Assembly: GCA_023245415.1 (NCBI GenBank)
Contig: JAHFKJ010000005.1
Location: 7,535 to 68,825, forward strand
Direction: 5' to 3'
Source of the DNA: Candidatus Gottesmanbacteria bacterium
GTDB taxonomy: Bacteria; Patescibacteriota; Microgenomatia; UBA10105
Length of the DNA: 61,291 nt
A program made the position numbers and the translations under genes. The notes under the pieces were generated by a model. The model saw only the letters and a program-made list of their open reading frames with translations. It ran no database searches and was not told the origin of the DNA. Shown here piece after piece: positions 54,090 through 61,291 of this stretch. How positions within the stretch are numbered: the first letter of the stretch is position 1; the number at the start of each line of letters is the position of its first letter.

Positions 54090-55058
54090 TTAATTCTCTA
54101 ATCTTACACCGATTACATTCGTCTCTACCTCAATCACCTGTCCACCCGCCTGAGTTATTGCAAGCTTAACTGATTCTTTATTGTCGTCGGCAGCTACAGC
54201 GATCATGCAGTCACCGCCTCCGGCTCCGGATAATTTGGCTCCCCAGGCACCTGCTTTTAGTGCAGTTGAAATAAGCAGTTCCAATTTATCTGTGCTAACT
54301 TGTAACTGTCTAAGGAATAATTGATTAGAATTCATAAGTATTCCAAATTGTTTCCAATTTTTTTGTATAATAGCGATTTTTGCTTTTTCGACCAATTTAT
54401 TGATTTCGGAAAATATACGGTTTGTTTTTTGTGGATTTCGTCGTTTTAGATTAGCAACTTGAGCGACTTGTGTTGGTGTGTCCGCTTTAATACCCGAATA
54501 GCCTACGATTAATGGAATATCGTTAACTTGGATTGGTTCGATCACTTTTCCGTTACCAATAAAATATAAACAACCTCCCCAAATTGCGGCGGCGATATCA
54601 AAACCTGAGCGCAATCCTTCAATTTCTTGCACAACCTGATAAGACATGTCAAATAATTGTCTCAGAGTAAGAGGCTGATTAAATAATATTGAAAGACCGT
54701 AAAGCGTGCAGACTATCACGGCCGATGATGAACCAAAACCATACAGAGGTGAGAAATCTGATTTAATATTGATTTGTAAACCGCTTTTGAATTTATATAT
54801 TTCGAAATAATGTTTTACTGTGCCTTCGACAAAACGGGCACCCCTGGGAATATCTCCTTGACCTACATTTTTCAAATCTTTCTGATAATTGACTAACCCA
54901 ACCGCTTTGCTGACAATTCGCAATATTGACTCATCAATTTTTGAAACAGTCATGAATAATCGTTGTCCTACTGTAGCAACTAAACATGGATTTCCGTACA
55001 CCACCGCATGCTCACCTAGTAACATAAGTTTTCCCGGTGCTGATACAGTGATTGGCAT
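54090..55058 (-). CDS. mvk: mevalonate kinase (GHMP kinase)
   Basis: SAPGKLMLLGEHAVVYG, GFGSSSAV and KLSGAGGGDC. The start is taken at ATG 55058; GTG 55103 is also possible. Confidence 0.85.
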   Translation of the reverse strand: MPITVSAPGKLMLLGEHAVVYGNPCLVATVGQRLFMTVSKIDESILRIVSKAVGLVNYQKDLKNVGQGDIPRGARFVEGTVKHYFEIYKFKSGLQINIKSDFSPLYGFGSSSAVIVCTLYGLSILFNQPLTLRQLFDMSYQVVQEIEGLRSGFDIAAAIWGGCLYFIGNGKVIEPIQVNDIPLIVGYSGIKADTPTQVAQVANLKRRNPQKTNRIFSEINKLVEKAKIAIIQKNWKQFGILMNSNQLFLRQLQVSTDKLELLISTALKAGAWGAKLSGAGGGDCMIAVAADDNKESVKLAITQAGGQVIEVETNVIGVRLEN

Positions 55059-55293
55059 ATATTTTAGTGTTATCCCATTTGGGTGATGGTCCAATTTGGA
55101 CACCTGGAGAATAACTTTAATAACTATATTACGTCTTCGTTTTCGAAAGTGCAGTTATTAAATCCTTAACACGTTTTTTAATCCATGGATCTGCTGGTTT
55201 AAAATTAAGTATTATTAGTTTTAAATCAGCATTAATTATTCTGGGTAAAACTTTTGCAAGTTCTGTAAATTCACGACCCGCAGTTTTTATTTG

Positions 55294-55677
55294 TTAAATT
55301 AAAATTGACCGCAAAAATTCCTTATATTCATCATCTAACGATATTCTTTTGAGTATTCGATATATCTTTTCTTTCATATACCCACTACGGAAATATTGTA
55401 TCGGAATACTAACATATGCCAATGCTGTTTCAATTCGATTAGTATTCCCTTGTTTTAATTCCTCATAAATAGGGATAATCCTGTTATGAACATCAATATG
55501 GGCCTTCTGCCAAATCTTTAAAGCGGTTAAATAGACATCCTGTTTATAAATTCCTGTTCCAAACTTTGGATGATTTTCTGACCAAACCTGATGAAATAAA
55601 TCATGCGTCTCCTTCGCTTTCCTAAATAACGGTGTAAATAACTCAACCTGTTCGATTATTTTCTTAATTCGACTCAT
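55294..55677 (-). CDS. hypothetical protein; same frame continues for 54 codons past its TAA
   Basis: 127-aa ORF. After the TAA (55296-55294) the frame reads QIKTAGREFTELAKVLPRIINADLKL..SKTKT up to the TAA at 55131-55129. Confidence 0.5.
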   Translation of the reverse strand: MSRIKKIIEQVELFTPLFRKAKETHDLFHQVWSENHPKFGTGIYKQDVYLTALKIWQKAHIDVHNRIIPIYEELKQGNTNRIETALAYVSIPIQYFRSGYMKEKIYRILKRISLDDEYKEFLRSILI

Positions 55678-55720
55678 ATTTTGATGAAGTTATTTTTGAA
55701 CGGCAATCGCGTCTTCTACT

Positions 55721-55990
55721 TCAGTTTTGGGTAAACTTTTCTACCTGCAGTTTGGACAACATGTCTTTAATCGCCAGGTTTTGAGCTTTGGTTGGCACTT
55801 TGTGATCTGCGATTGCCCAAGTGCGGTCAGTACGAAAAACAGGAATACCGCGATTTCTAAATCTTGTAAATGCCTGCGGACTGGTCACTTCATGAATTAA
55901 ATGCGCATCAATACAATAGACAGCGGGAAACTGAGGTTCTTGTGTAACAACGTGCGCATCCCATATTTTGTCAAACAATGTTTTTGGCAT
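55721..55990 (-). pseudogene. leuC: 3-isopropylmalate dehydratase large subunit (leuC) N-terminal remnant, 89 codons
   Basis: MPKTLFDKIWDAHVV....IDAHLIHEVTSPQAF......G.PV......A.ADH.V.T matches the LeuC N-terminus. The remaining roughly 380 residues are absent. Confidence 0.8.
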
Positions 55991-56010
55991 ATAATTATGT
56001 CGTTAAATCT

Positions 56011-56406
56011 TTAGGTGTATACCCCCCTTGAAATTAGTTCTTGATAAACTGGCATAGCTATAGCACCTCGCATCATTATGAGTGTGTACTGTTGGTTATT
56101 ATCTTCCACCAACGGAAGCTTCTTTTGCAGAATCAATACCGCGTCAGGGCTTACACCTTGATCCAGCAATATTTCATCAATCAATTCAAACAATTCTTCG
56201 GGTGTCTGATTCAGATAGTCTTGACTATATTCCCTTTTATTGAGACGATTCACATCTACTATATCTCTAAACGGCGTATCTAATCTACCTGTCTGAAAAT
56301 ACAAAAAACGGTAAAATCCTCCCGGTAGATACCCGGGAAAATTGTTTATTGCTTTTAATGCTTTAAATTCATTAGATGCATATCTATCATGGTATCTTGC
56401 TTCCAT
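56011..56406 (-). CDS. hypothetical protein
   Basis: 131-aa ORF with no recognised motif. Confidence 0.5.
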   Translation of the reverse strand: MEARYHDRYASNEFKALKAINNFPGYLPGGFYRFLYFQTGRLDTPFRDIVDVNRLNKREYSQDYLNQTPEELFELIDEILLDQGVSPDAVLILQKKLPLVEDNNQQYTLIMMRGAIAMPVYQELISRGVYT

Positions 56407-56515
56407 GAATTTACAAAAAAATTACCATACTTTTTCATCTTTATTGATAGTAAATTTTATCAACTGATGAGATTCCATAATTACTTAGTTTCTAGGCCAA
56501 CTACAATCTACAATT

Positions 56516-56893
56516 CTACTTGCTAACAGCAATCGCTTCTATTTCTATCAATGCCCCTTTTGGTAAATTGCTTACTTCGACTGTTGCCCGGGCTGGCTTA
56601 TGGGGCGCAAATGCTTTTTCATAAATCGCATTCATGATCGGAAATTCGGCGACATTAGTCAGATAAACTGTAGTTTTAATCACATGTTGCATATCAGACC
56701 CGGCTGCTTTAACTACTGATTTAATATTAGCAAGCGTTTGCTGAACCTGGTTTTCTAGACCTTCAACCAGTGTACCAGTTTTAGGATCAATCCCAGTTTG
56801 GCCGGAACAGAATATTAATTTCCCCGCCCTGACAGCATGTGAATACGGTCCAAGCGCAAGCGGTGCATTAGGTGTAGAAACGAGTTTGAACAT
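56516..56893 (-). CDS. ridA: RidA/YjgF-family reactive enamine/imine deaminase
   Basis: APLALGPYSHAV..G.LIF.SGQ and the C-terminal PARATVEVS.LPKGALIEIEA. Confidence 0.9.
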   Translation of the reverse strand: MFKLVSTPNAPLALGPYSHAVRAGKLIFCSGQTGIDPKTGTLVEGLENQVQQTLANIKSVVKAAGSDMQHVIKTTVYLTNVAEFPIMNAIYEKAFAPHKPARATVEVSNLPKGALIEIEAIAVSK

Positions 56894-56900
56894 TCATACA

Positions 56901-56943
56901 GGTTGTAGCTAATAGCCTGTAGCTTGTAGCAAACCGGCTAATC
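56901..56943. repeat. left inverted repeat of four-helix-bundle cassette (GTAGCT/TGTAGC words)
   Basis: GGTTGTAGCTAATAGCCTGTAGCTTGTAGCAAACCGGCTAATC. Its reverse-complement partner is at 57306-57339. Confidence 0.75.
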
Positions 56944-56944
56944 A

Positions 56945-57202
56945 CTAAATTATACTTGATATTAATCCATTTAACATTTTCATTGTTTCCAACAAAAGCA
57001 AATCTGATTTAAAATAGTTCAAGTCTTTTCCAAAGGGTAATCTCTTTATAATCTCAATTTGAGTTTCAAGTTCTGCACCTGAACCATATGCTATTGTTAA
57101 AAAATGACAATAATCTGCATCAGTCCTCCGTCTTCTCCCCTCTGCAATATTAGAAGGTATTGAGACAACCGCTCTTCTCATTTGTACAACTAAACCAAAC
57201 AT
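56945..57202 (-). CDS. four-helix-bundle protein (TIGR02436; 23S rRNA intervening-sequence protein family)
   Basis: RRAVVSIPSNIAEG....D...FL.IAYGS..ELETQ. The coordinates are ATG-bounded, but family-typical residues (YKELKVWQKAIELTVEIYSLTEYLPKSE) continue upstream to 57298 without a canonical start. Confidence 0.8.
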   Translation of the reverse strand: MFGLVVQMRRAVVSIPSNIAEGRRRRTDADYCHFLTIAYGSGAELETQIEIIKRLPFGKDLNYFKSDLLLLETMKMLNGLISSII

Positions 57203-57305
57203 TTCAGATTTAGGTAAGTATTCTGTTAAAGAATATATTTCTACCGTTAATTCTATAGCTTTTTGCCAAACTTTTAATTCTTTATATGATTGTATATTTT
57301 ATAAC

Positions 57306-57339
57306 CTGCCGGCTACAAGCTACCAGCTACGGGCTAATC
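57306..57339. repeat. right inverted repeat of four-helix-bundle cassette
   Basis: CTGCCGGCTACAAGCTACCAGCTACGGGCTAATC. GCTACAAGCTAC is the reverse complement of GTAGCTTGTAGC in the left repeat, and both repeats end in GGCTAATC. Confidence 0.75.
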
Positions 57340-57340
57340 T

Positions 57341-59095
57341 CTAGCTGGTTACCGCACCTAAAGATGCACTCGATACTAGCTTAGCATATTTGGCCAAAAC
57401 ACCTCTCGTGTACTTTGATTTTGGTGCCACCCAGGTTTTTTTACGTGCTTCGATTTCAACCCGCGAAAGTGCGACATTGATTTCTCGTTTTTTAAGGTTA
57501 ATACTAATTGTGTCTCTTTCCCTTAAGAGTCCAATCATTCCTCCCACTTGGGCTTCAGGAGAAATATGTCCCACCATAATCCCGTGTGTGCCGCCGGAAA
57601 ATCGGCCATCGGTAATCAAAGCCACATCTTTGCCTAAGCCCACACCCATCAGTGCAGATGAAGGAGAAAGCATTTCCCGCATGCCTGGACCGCCATTTGG
57701 CCCTTCGTTGCGGATTACTATCACATCCCCCTTTTTAATTTTTCTCAGCAATATGGCATCAAGTGCATCTTCCTCACATTCAAACACCCGAGCTGGACCT
57801 TTGTGTTCATCGAGTTCTTTTCCGCTAAGTTTCAACACTGCGCCTTCTTCAGCCAAATTTCCCTTAATGATAATAATGTGATGTCCAGATGACGCCAGCG
57901 GCTTTTCTAAACTGTAAATGACATCCTGATTATTTGGCCTATCAGGTGCTGACCCAATGTTCTCCGTAACAGTTTTCCCGGTGACGGTTAAACACTGCCC
58001 ATGAATTAAACCAGCATTAAGTAGCATCTTCATAACCATCGGCACCCCGCCAATTTTATCCAAATGTTCCATCATATACTTTCCAAACGGACTAAAGTTG
58101 CCAATTAATGGCACATTATCACCAATCTTATTAAAATCATCAAGCGAAAACTTCACTTGGGCTTCATGTGCCAGTGATAATAAATGTAGAACTGCATTAG
58201 TCGATCCGCCTAAAGCAAACACAACCGTAATTGCATTTTCAAATGCTTCGCGAGTCATAATATCGCGGGCATGAATTCCGCTTTTCATTAAATTAAACAA
58301 TGCTTCTACCGATCCTGTAATATCCGCTTGTTTTTGGGCCGAAATTTTATTATCGCGGTCAACTGCCGGATGAGACGCGCTACCTGGCAAACTCATGCCC
58401 ATCGCTTCAATTGCAGAGGCCATGGTGTTTGCCGTATACATGCCTCCGCAGGCACCATTCCCGGGACAGGCCTGGTTTTCAATTTCATTGAATTCTTGAT
58501 TGTCCATTTTGCCGGCAGTAAATTTACCCACGGCTTCAAATACGCTGACAATATTTAAATCTCTATTTTCAAATCTACCGGGAAGAATCGTCCCGCCATA
58601 AAGCGTCAGACCAATACTGTTGTTGCGAGCTAATGGAATCAGCGCTGCCGGAATGCTTTTGTCGCAACCCGATAGCGTAAGTGTTCCATCTGCACTGTAA
58701 GCTTCATGCATGGTTTCGATACAATCAGCGATCAGCTCGCGTGAAACGAGTGAATATCTCATGCCTTCCATACCCATCGTCTCCCCGTCAGTAACAATTG
58801 GTGTGCCATAAATAATGCCTTTACCCCCCGCAGTTTCAACTTCTTCAAGGACCATGTTTCCAAGTTCCTGAATATGTGCGTTACATGGAGTGACATTGGT
58901 ATATGGACAGGCAATTGTTACGAGCGGCTTCTCAAAATCGGCATCAGTATAACCTACTGCCCGCATCATCGCTCGGGCTGGAGCGCGTTTGACCCAATCG
59001 CTATCTCCCGACTTACTCGTTAATTTCCCGCTGCGCCATTTTAATCCTCCATTTCCACAACCGCAATTTTCACACTCACACGCTTGATTTTTCAT
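57341..59095 (-). CDS. ilvD: dihydroxy-acid dehydratase
   Basis: [12 protein letters not shown], the CDKSIP Fe-S ligand context, and [12 protein letters not shown]. The start is taken at ATG 59095, because the GTG at 59131 lies inside motif R3. Confidence 0.93.
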   Translation of the reverse strand: MKNQACECENCGCGNGGLKWRSGKLTSKSGDSDWVKRAPARAMMRAVGYTDADFEKPLVTIACPYTNVTPCNAHIQELGNMVLEEVETAGGKGIIYGTPIVTDGETMGMEGMRYSLVSRELIADCIETMHEAYSADGTLTLSGCDKSIPAALIPLARNNSIGLTLYGGTILPGRFENRDLNIVSVFEAVGKFTAGKMDNQEFNEIENQACPGNGACGGMYTANTMASAIEAMGMSLPGSASHPAVDRDNKISAQKQADITGSVEALFNLMKSGIHARDIMTREAFENAITVVFALGGSTNAVLHLLSLAHEAQVKFSLDDFNKIGDNVPLIGNFSPFGKYMMEHLDKIGGVPMVMKMLLNAGLIHGQCLTVTGKTVTENIGSAPDRPNNQDVIYSLEKPLASSGHHIIIIKGNLAEEGAVLKLSGKELDEHKGPARVFECEEDALDAILLRKIKKGDVIVIRNEGPNGGPGMREMLSPSSALMGVGLGKDVALITDGRFSGGTHGIMVGHISPEAQVGGMIGLLRERDTISINLKKREINVALSRVEIEARKKTWVAPKSKYTRGVLAKYAKLVSSASLGAVTS

Positions 59096-59103
59096 ATACT
59101 CGT

Positions 59104-59139
59104 ACACACCCCCGGGGTGTAGTAGCTTCACACCTCAGG
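59104..59139. repeat. R3 motif copy: ACACACCCCCGGGGTGTAGTAGCTTCACACCTCAGG, directly 5-prime of the ilvD start
   Basis: Palindrome ACACCCC-C-GGGGTGT (59106-59120) and stem GGTGT/ACACC (59116-20 with 59130-34). It aligns with 39249-39283. Confidence 0.8.
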
Positions 59140-59146
59140 ACAATAT

Positions 59147-60391
59147 TTAGATAATGTAATGATACAGTAGATCATCACTTGTGATGATACGAAAATTTAA
59201 TTTTATTTCTTTCATTCGTTTGAGGAGAGGTTCTAAATCTTGTTTATCTTTAAGTTCTAGACTTACGAGTGCCGGGCCTTTTTCCTTGTTTGATTTCTTT
59301 ATATATTCAAATCTGACGATATCATCCGTCGGACCTAAACAATAGTCTAAAAATCGGCGCAGTTGTCCCGGCTTTTGCGCAAATTCAATAATAAAATAAT
59401 GTCTAAGCCCCTGATAGACCAGACTTCGTTCTAATATTTCGCCATAGCGGAGGATGTCGTTATTACCACCACTGATAATACACACAACTGTCTTATTTTT
59501 GATTTCTGCTGAAACTTGATCTAAAGCTGCTACAGCCAAGGCTCCTGCCGGCTCTACAATAATTCCTTCATTTTGGTATAACTCCACCATGATTGTTGCC
59601 ACTAATCCTTCCGGTACAAGCACCACTTTTTTAAGTAATTCATTACAAATCTCAAACGTATTTTCACCAACCGTTTTAACCGCTGCTCCATCAACAAATG
59701 TATCAACATGCGTTAATGTTACAACTTTCCCTGCTCGAAGTGATGATTGCATCCCGGCTGCGCCTTCCGGCTCACTTCCAATAATTGTAACTTGGGGATT
59801 TTTTGCTTTAAAATATGACGCTACACCAGAGATCATTCCACCTCCGCCAATACCGGCAATGACCACGTCAACCCGGTTATTTAACTCTTCATAAATTTCT
59901 TTGGCAACAGTACCCTGCCCAGCAATAACAAGTGGATCATTGAACGGATGCACATAGACGGAGTGCTCTTTTTGACAATATACCTGCGATGCAAGTGCAG
60001 CTTCATCAAAAGAATTTCCTTCAAGCCTGATCTCTACAAATTCGCCGCCAAAATTATTTACCTTTTCAATTTTTTGGTCTGGGGTCACGACTGGCATAAA
60101 TATAACCCCTTTTATTTTCAAAGCAGAACAACCGTATGCCACTCCTTGCGCGTGATTACCCGCACTTGCACATACCACGCCACGTTTCTTTTCATCAAGT
60201 GAAAGCTTCGCCATTTTGTTGTAGGCACCCCTAATTTTGAATGAACGCACCTCCTGCAAATCTTCGCGCTTGAGATAAATGCGCGCGTGATATTCTTCTG
60301 ATAAACGCTTATTAAACTCAAGAGGTGTTTTGCGTACGACTGATTTAATCCGATCTGCAACTTCATCAATCATTTGAGTTGTTATTTGCAT
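59147..60391 (-). CDS. ilvA: threonine ammonia-lyase (biosynthetic type, one ACT-like regulatory domain)
   Basis: PLP Lys in SFKIRGAYN, GNHAQG, and GGGGMISG. Confidence 0.9.
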   Translation of the reverse strand: MQITTQMIDEVADRIKSVVRKTPLEFNKRLSEEYHARIYLKREDLQEVRSFKIRGAYNKMAKLSLDEKKRGVVCASAGNHAQGVAYGCSALKIKGVIFMPVVTPDQKIEKVNNFGGEFVEIRLEGNSFDEAALASQVYCQKEHSVYVHPFNDPLVIAGQGTVAKEIYEELNNRVDVVIAGIGGGGMISGVASYFKAKNPQVTIIGSEPEGAAGMQSSLRAGKVVTLTHVDTFVDGAAVKTVGENTFEICNELLKKVVLVPEGLVATIMVELYQNEGIIVEPAGALAVAALDQVSAEIKNKTVVCIISGGNNDILRYGEILERSLVYQGLRHYFIIEFAQKPGQLRRFLDYCLGPTDDIVRFEYIKKSNKEKGPALVSLELKDKQDLEPLLKRMKEIKLNFRIITSDDLLYHYII

Positions 60392-60395
60392 AAAT

Positions 60396-61291
60396 TTACT
60401 GCTTCTGTCTTTCCGGTCTAAGTTCTCTTACTTTCGCTCCGGTGCGCCACATTTCACTATTTTTCAGTGTATTTAATTCTTTATCAAGCTGTTTCCGGTA
60501 GTCTTTTTGACTATTTTTCTTAATTACGATTTGAGCTTCTTTACCGGATTTAACTGATTGATATAATTTCTCAAAAGTTGGTTTGACCGCTTTTTTAAAT
60601 TTGTTTTTCCAATCCAGTGCGCCGCGTTGGGCGGTAGTGGAACAATTCGCAATCATCCAATCAACGCCATTTTCTGCCATCAGCGGAATGAGACTTTGAG
60701 TAGCTTCTTCAACAGTTTCGTTAAATGCTTCACTTGGATTGTGTCCGTGTTTACGCAACAATTCATATTGCGCTTCCATGATACCTGTTATAGCACCTAA
60801 CAAAATCCCCCGTTCACCAGTCAAATCACTAATAACTTCTTTTTGAAAAGTTGTTTCAAACAAAAATCCGGAACCCACGGCTATTCCCATCGCCAGTACC
60901 CGTTCGCGTGCGCGCCCGGTCGCATCCTGAAATACAGCAAAACTGCTGTTGATGCCCTTGCCTTCTAGAAAAAGTTTCCGGACAGATCTTCCTGCTCCTT
61001 TGGGGGCAACTAAAATCACATCTACGCCATTTGGCGGAATAATTTTAGTAAGCTTGTAATAGGTAATTCCAAAACCATGCGAAAAATACAAAGCTTTGCC
61101 TTGAGTAAGATATGGCTTAATTTTGGGCCACACTGCAATTTGCCCGGCATCGGACAGTAAATACGCGATTATCGTACCCCAGTTTGCAGCTTCTGCGATA
61201 TCAAATAAGCTGACACCCGGCTTCCAACCATCTTGCTTTGCTTTTTCATAAGAAGCTGAATTTGTACGCTGACCAATAATCACATTTAAGC
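60396..61291 (-). CDS. ilvC: ketol-acid reductoisomerase, 5-prime partial (runs off window end)
   Basis: ..LNVIIGQR..S..KA..DG, SHGFGI, and the knotted domain (ERGILLG). The frame is open to nt 61291. Confidence 0.9.
   Translation of the reverse strand, partial: LNVIIGQRTNSASYEKAKQDGWKPGVSLFDIAEAANWGTIIAYLLSDAGQIAVWPKIKPYLTQGKALYFSHGFGITYYKLTKIIPPNGVDVILVAPKGAGRSVRKLFLEGKGINSSFAVFQDATGRARERVLAMGIAVGSGFLFETTFQKEVISDLTGERGILLGAITGIMEAQYELLRKHGHNPSEAFNETVEEATQSLIPLMAENGVDWMIANCSTTAQRGALDWKNKFKKAVKPTFEKLYQSVKSGKEAQIVIKKNSQKDYRKQLDKELNTLKNSEMWRTGAKVRELRPERQKQ

Noticed and set aside
55104-57340. An integron-like cassette array: small same-strand ORFs separated by imperfect inverted repeats.
   Set aside because: There is no integrase. 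No RYYYAAC/GTTRRRY core sites are present in the spacers. ridA and the leuC stub are ordinary chromosomal genes.

Overview
This is an AT-rich, very compact bacterial chromosome fragment. By eye it is roughly 35-40% GC, with about 70 protein genes in 61 kb and many gaps under 60 nt. Most content is housekeeping: hisS, cysS, rpmE, a release factor, rpsF-ssb-rpsR, rpsU, dnaX-ybaB, recR, ybeY, ychF, thyA-folA, prs and nadE.

There are also three envelope proteases (one HtrA-type, two S41-type), a two-component pair and an ABC-2 exporter. A methionine/SAM-cycle cluster is present (DUF62-like, CBS, homocysteine methyltransferase, ahcY, PfkB kinase). So are a partial mevalonate operon (mvk, mvaD) and ilvC-ilvA-ilvD with ridA.

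Short genes, many ORFans, a dockerin protein and a four-helix-bundle (IVS-type) protein suggest a reduced, CPR/Microgenomates-like lineage. That placement is inference only.

I found no rRNA, tRNA, CRISPR array, transposase, integrase or recognisable defence system. TGA, TAG and TAA are all used as stops, so the code is standard.

The annotated genes do not explain an unusually rich layer of short palindromic or word-repeat elements:
- TGTCAT...ATGACA palindromic elements, one of them in frame inside folA. Similar GC-rich palindromes coincide with insertions in thyA and ychF.
- An inverted-repeat-bounded four-helix-bundle cassette between ridA and ilvD.
- At least five dispersed intergenic motif families.

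Other notable items:
- A promoter, 29-codon ORF and terminator (an attenuator-like leader) in front of a DapF-fold protein that lacks one catalytic Cys.
- An RF1-type release factor lacking domain 1.
- A decaying patch at 55.1-56.4 kb with a leuC stub and an ORF interrupted by an in-frame TAA.
- Two genes whose conserved N-termini lack any ATG/GTG/TTG start.

All calls rest on reading the sequence and translations and on family motifs recalled from memory. No database search was possible.
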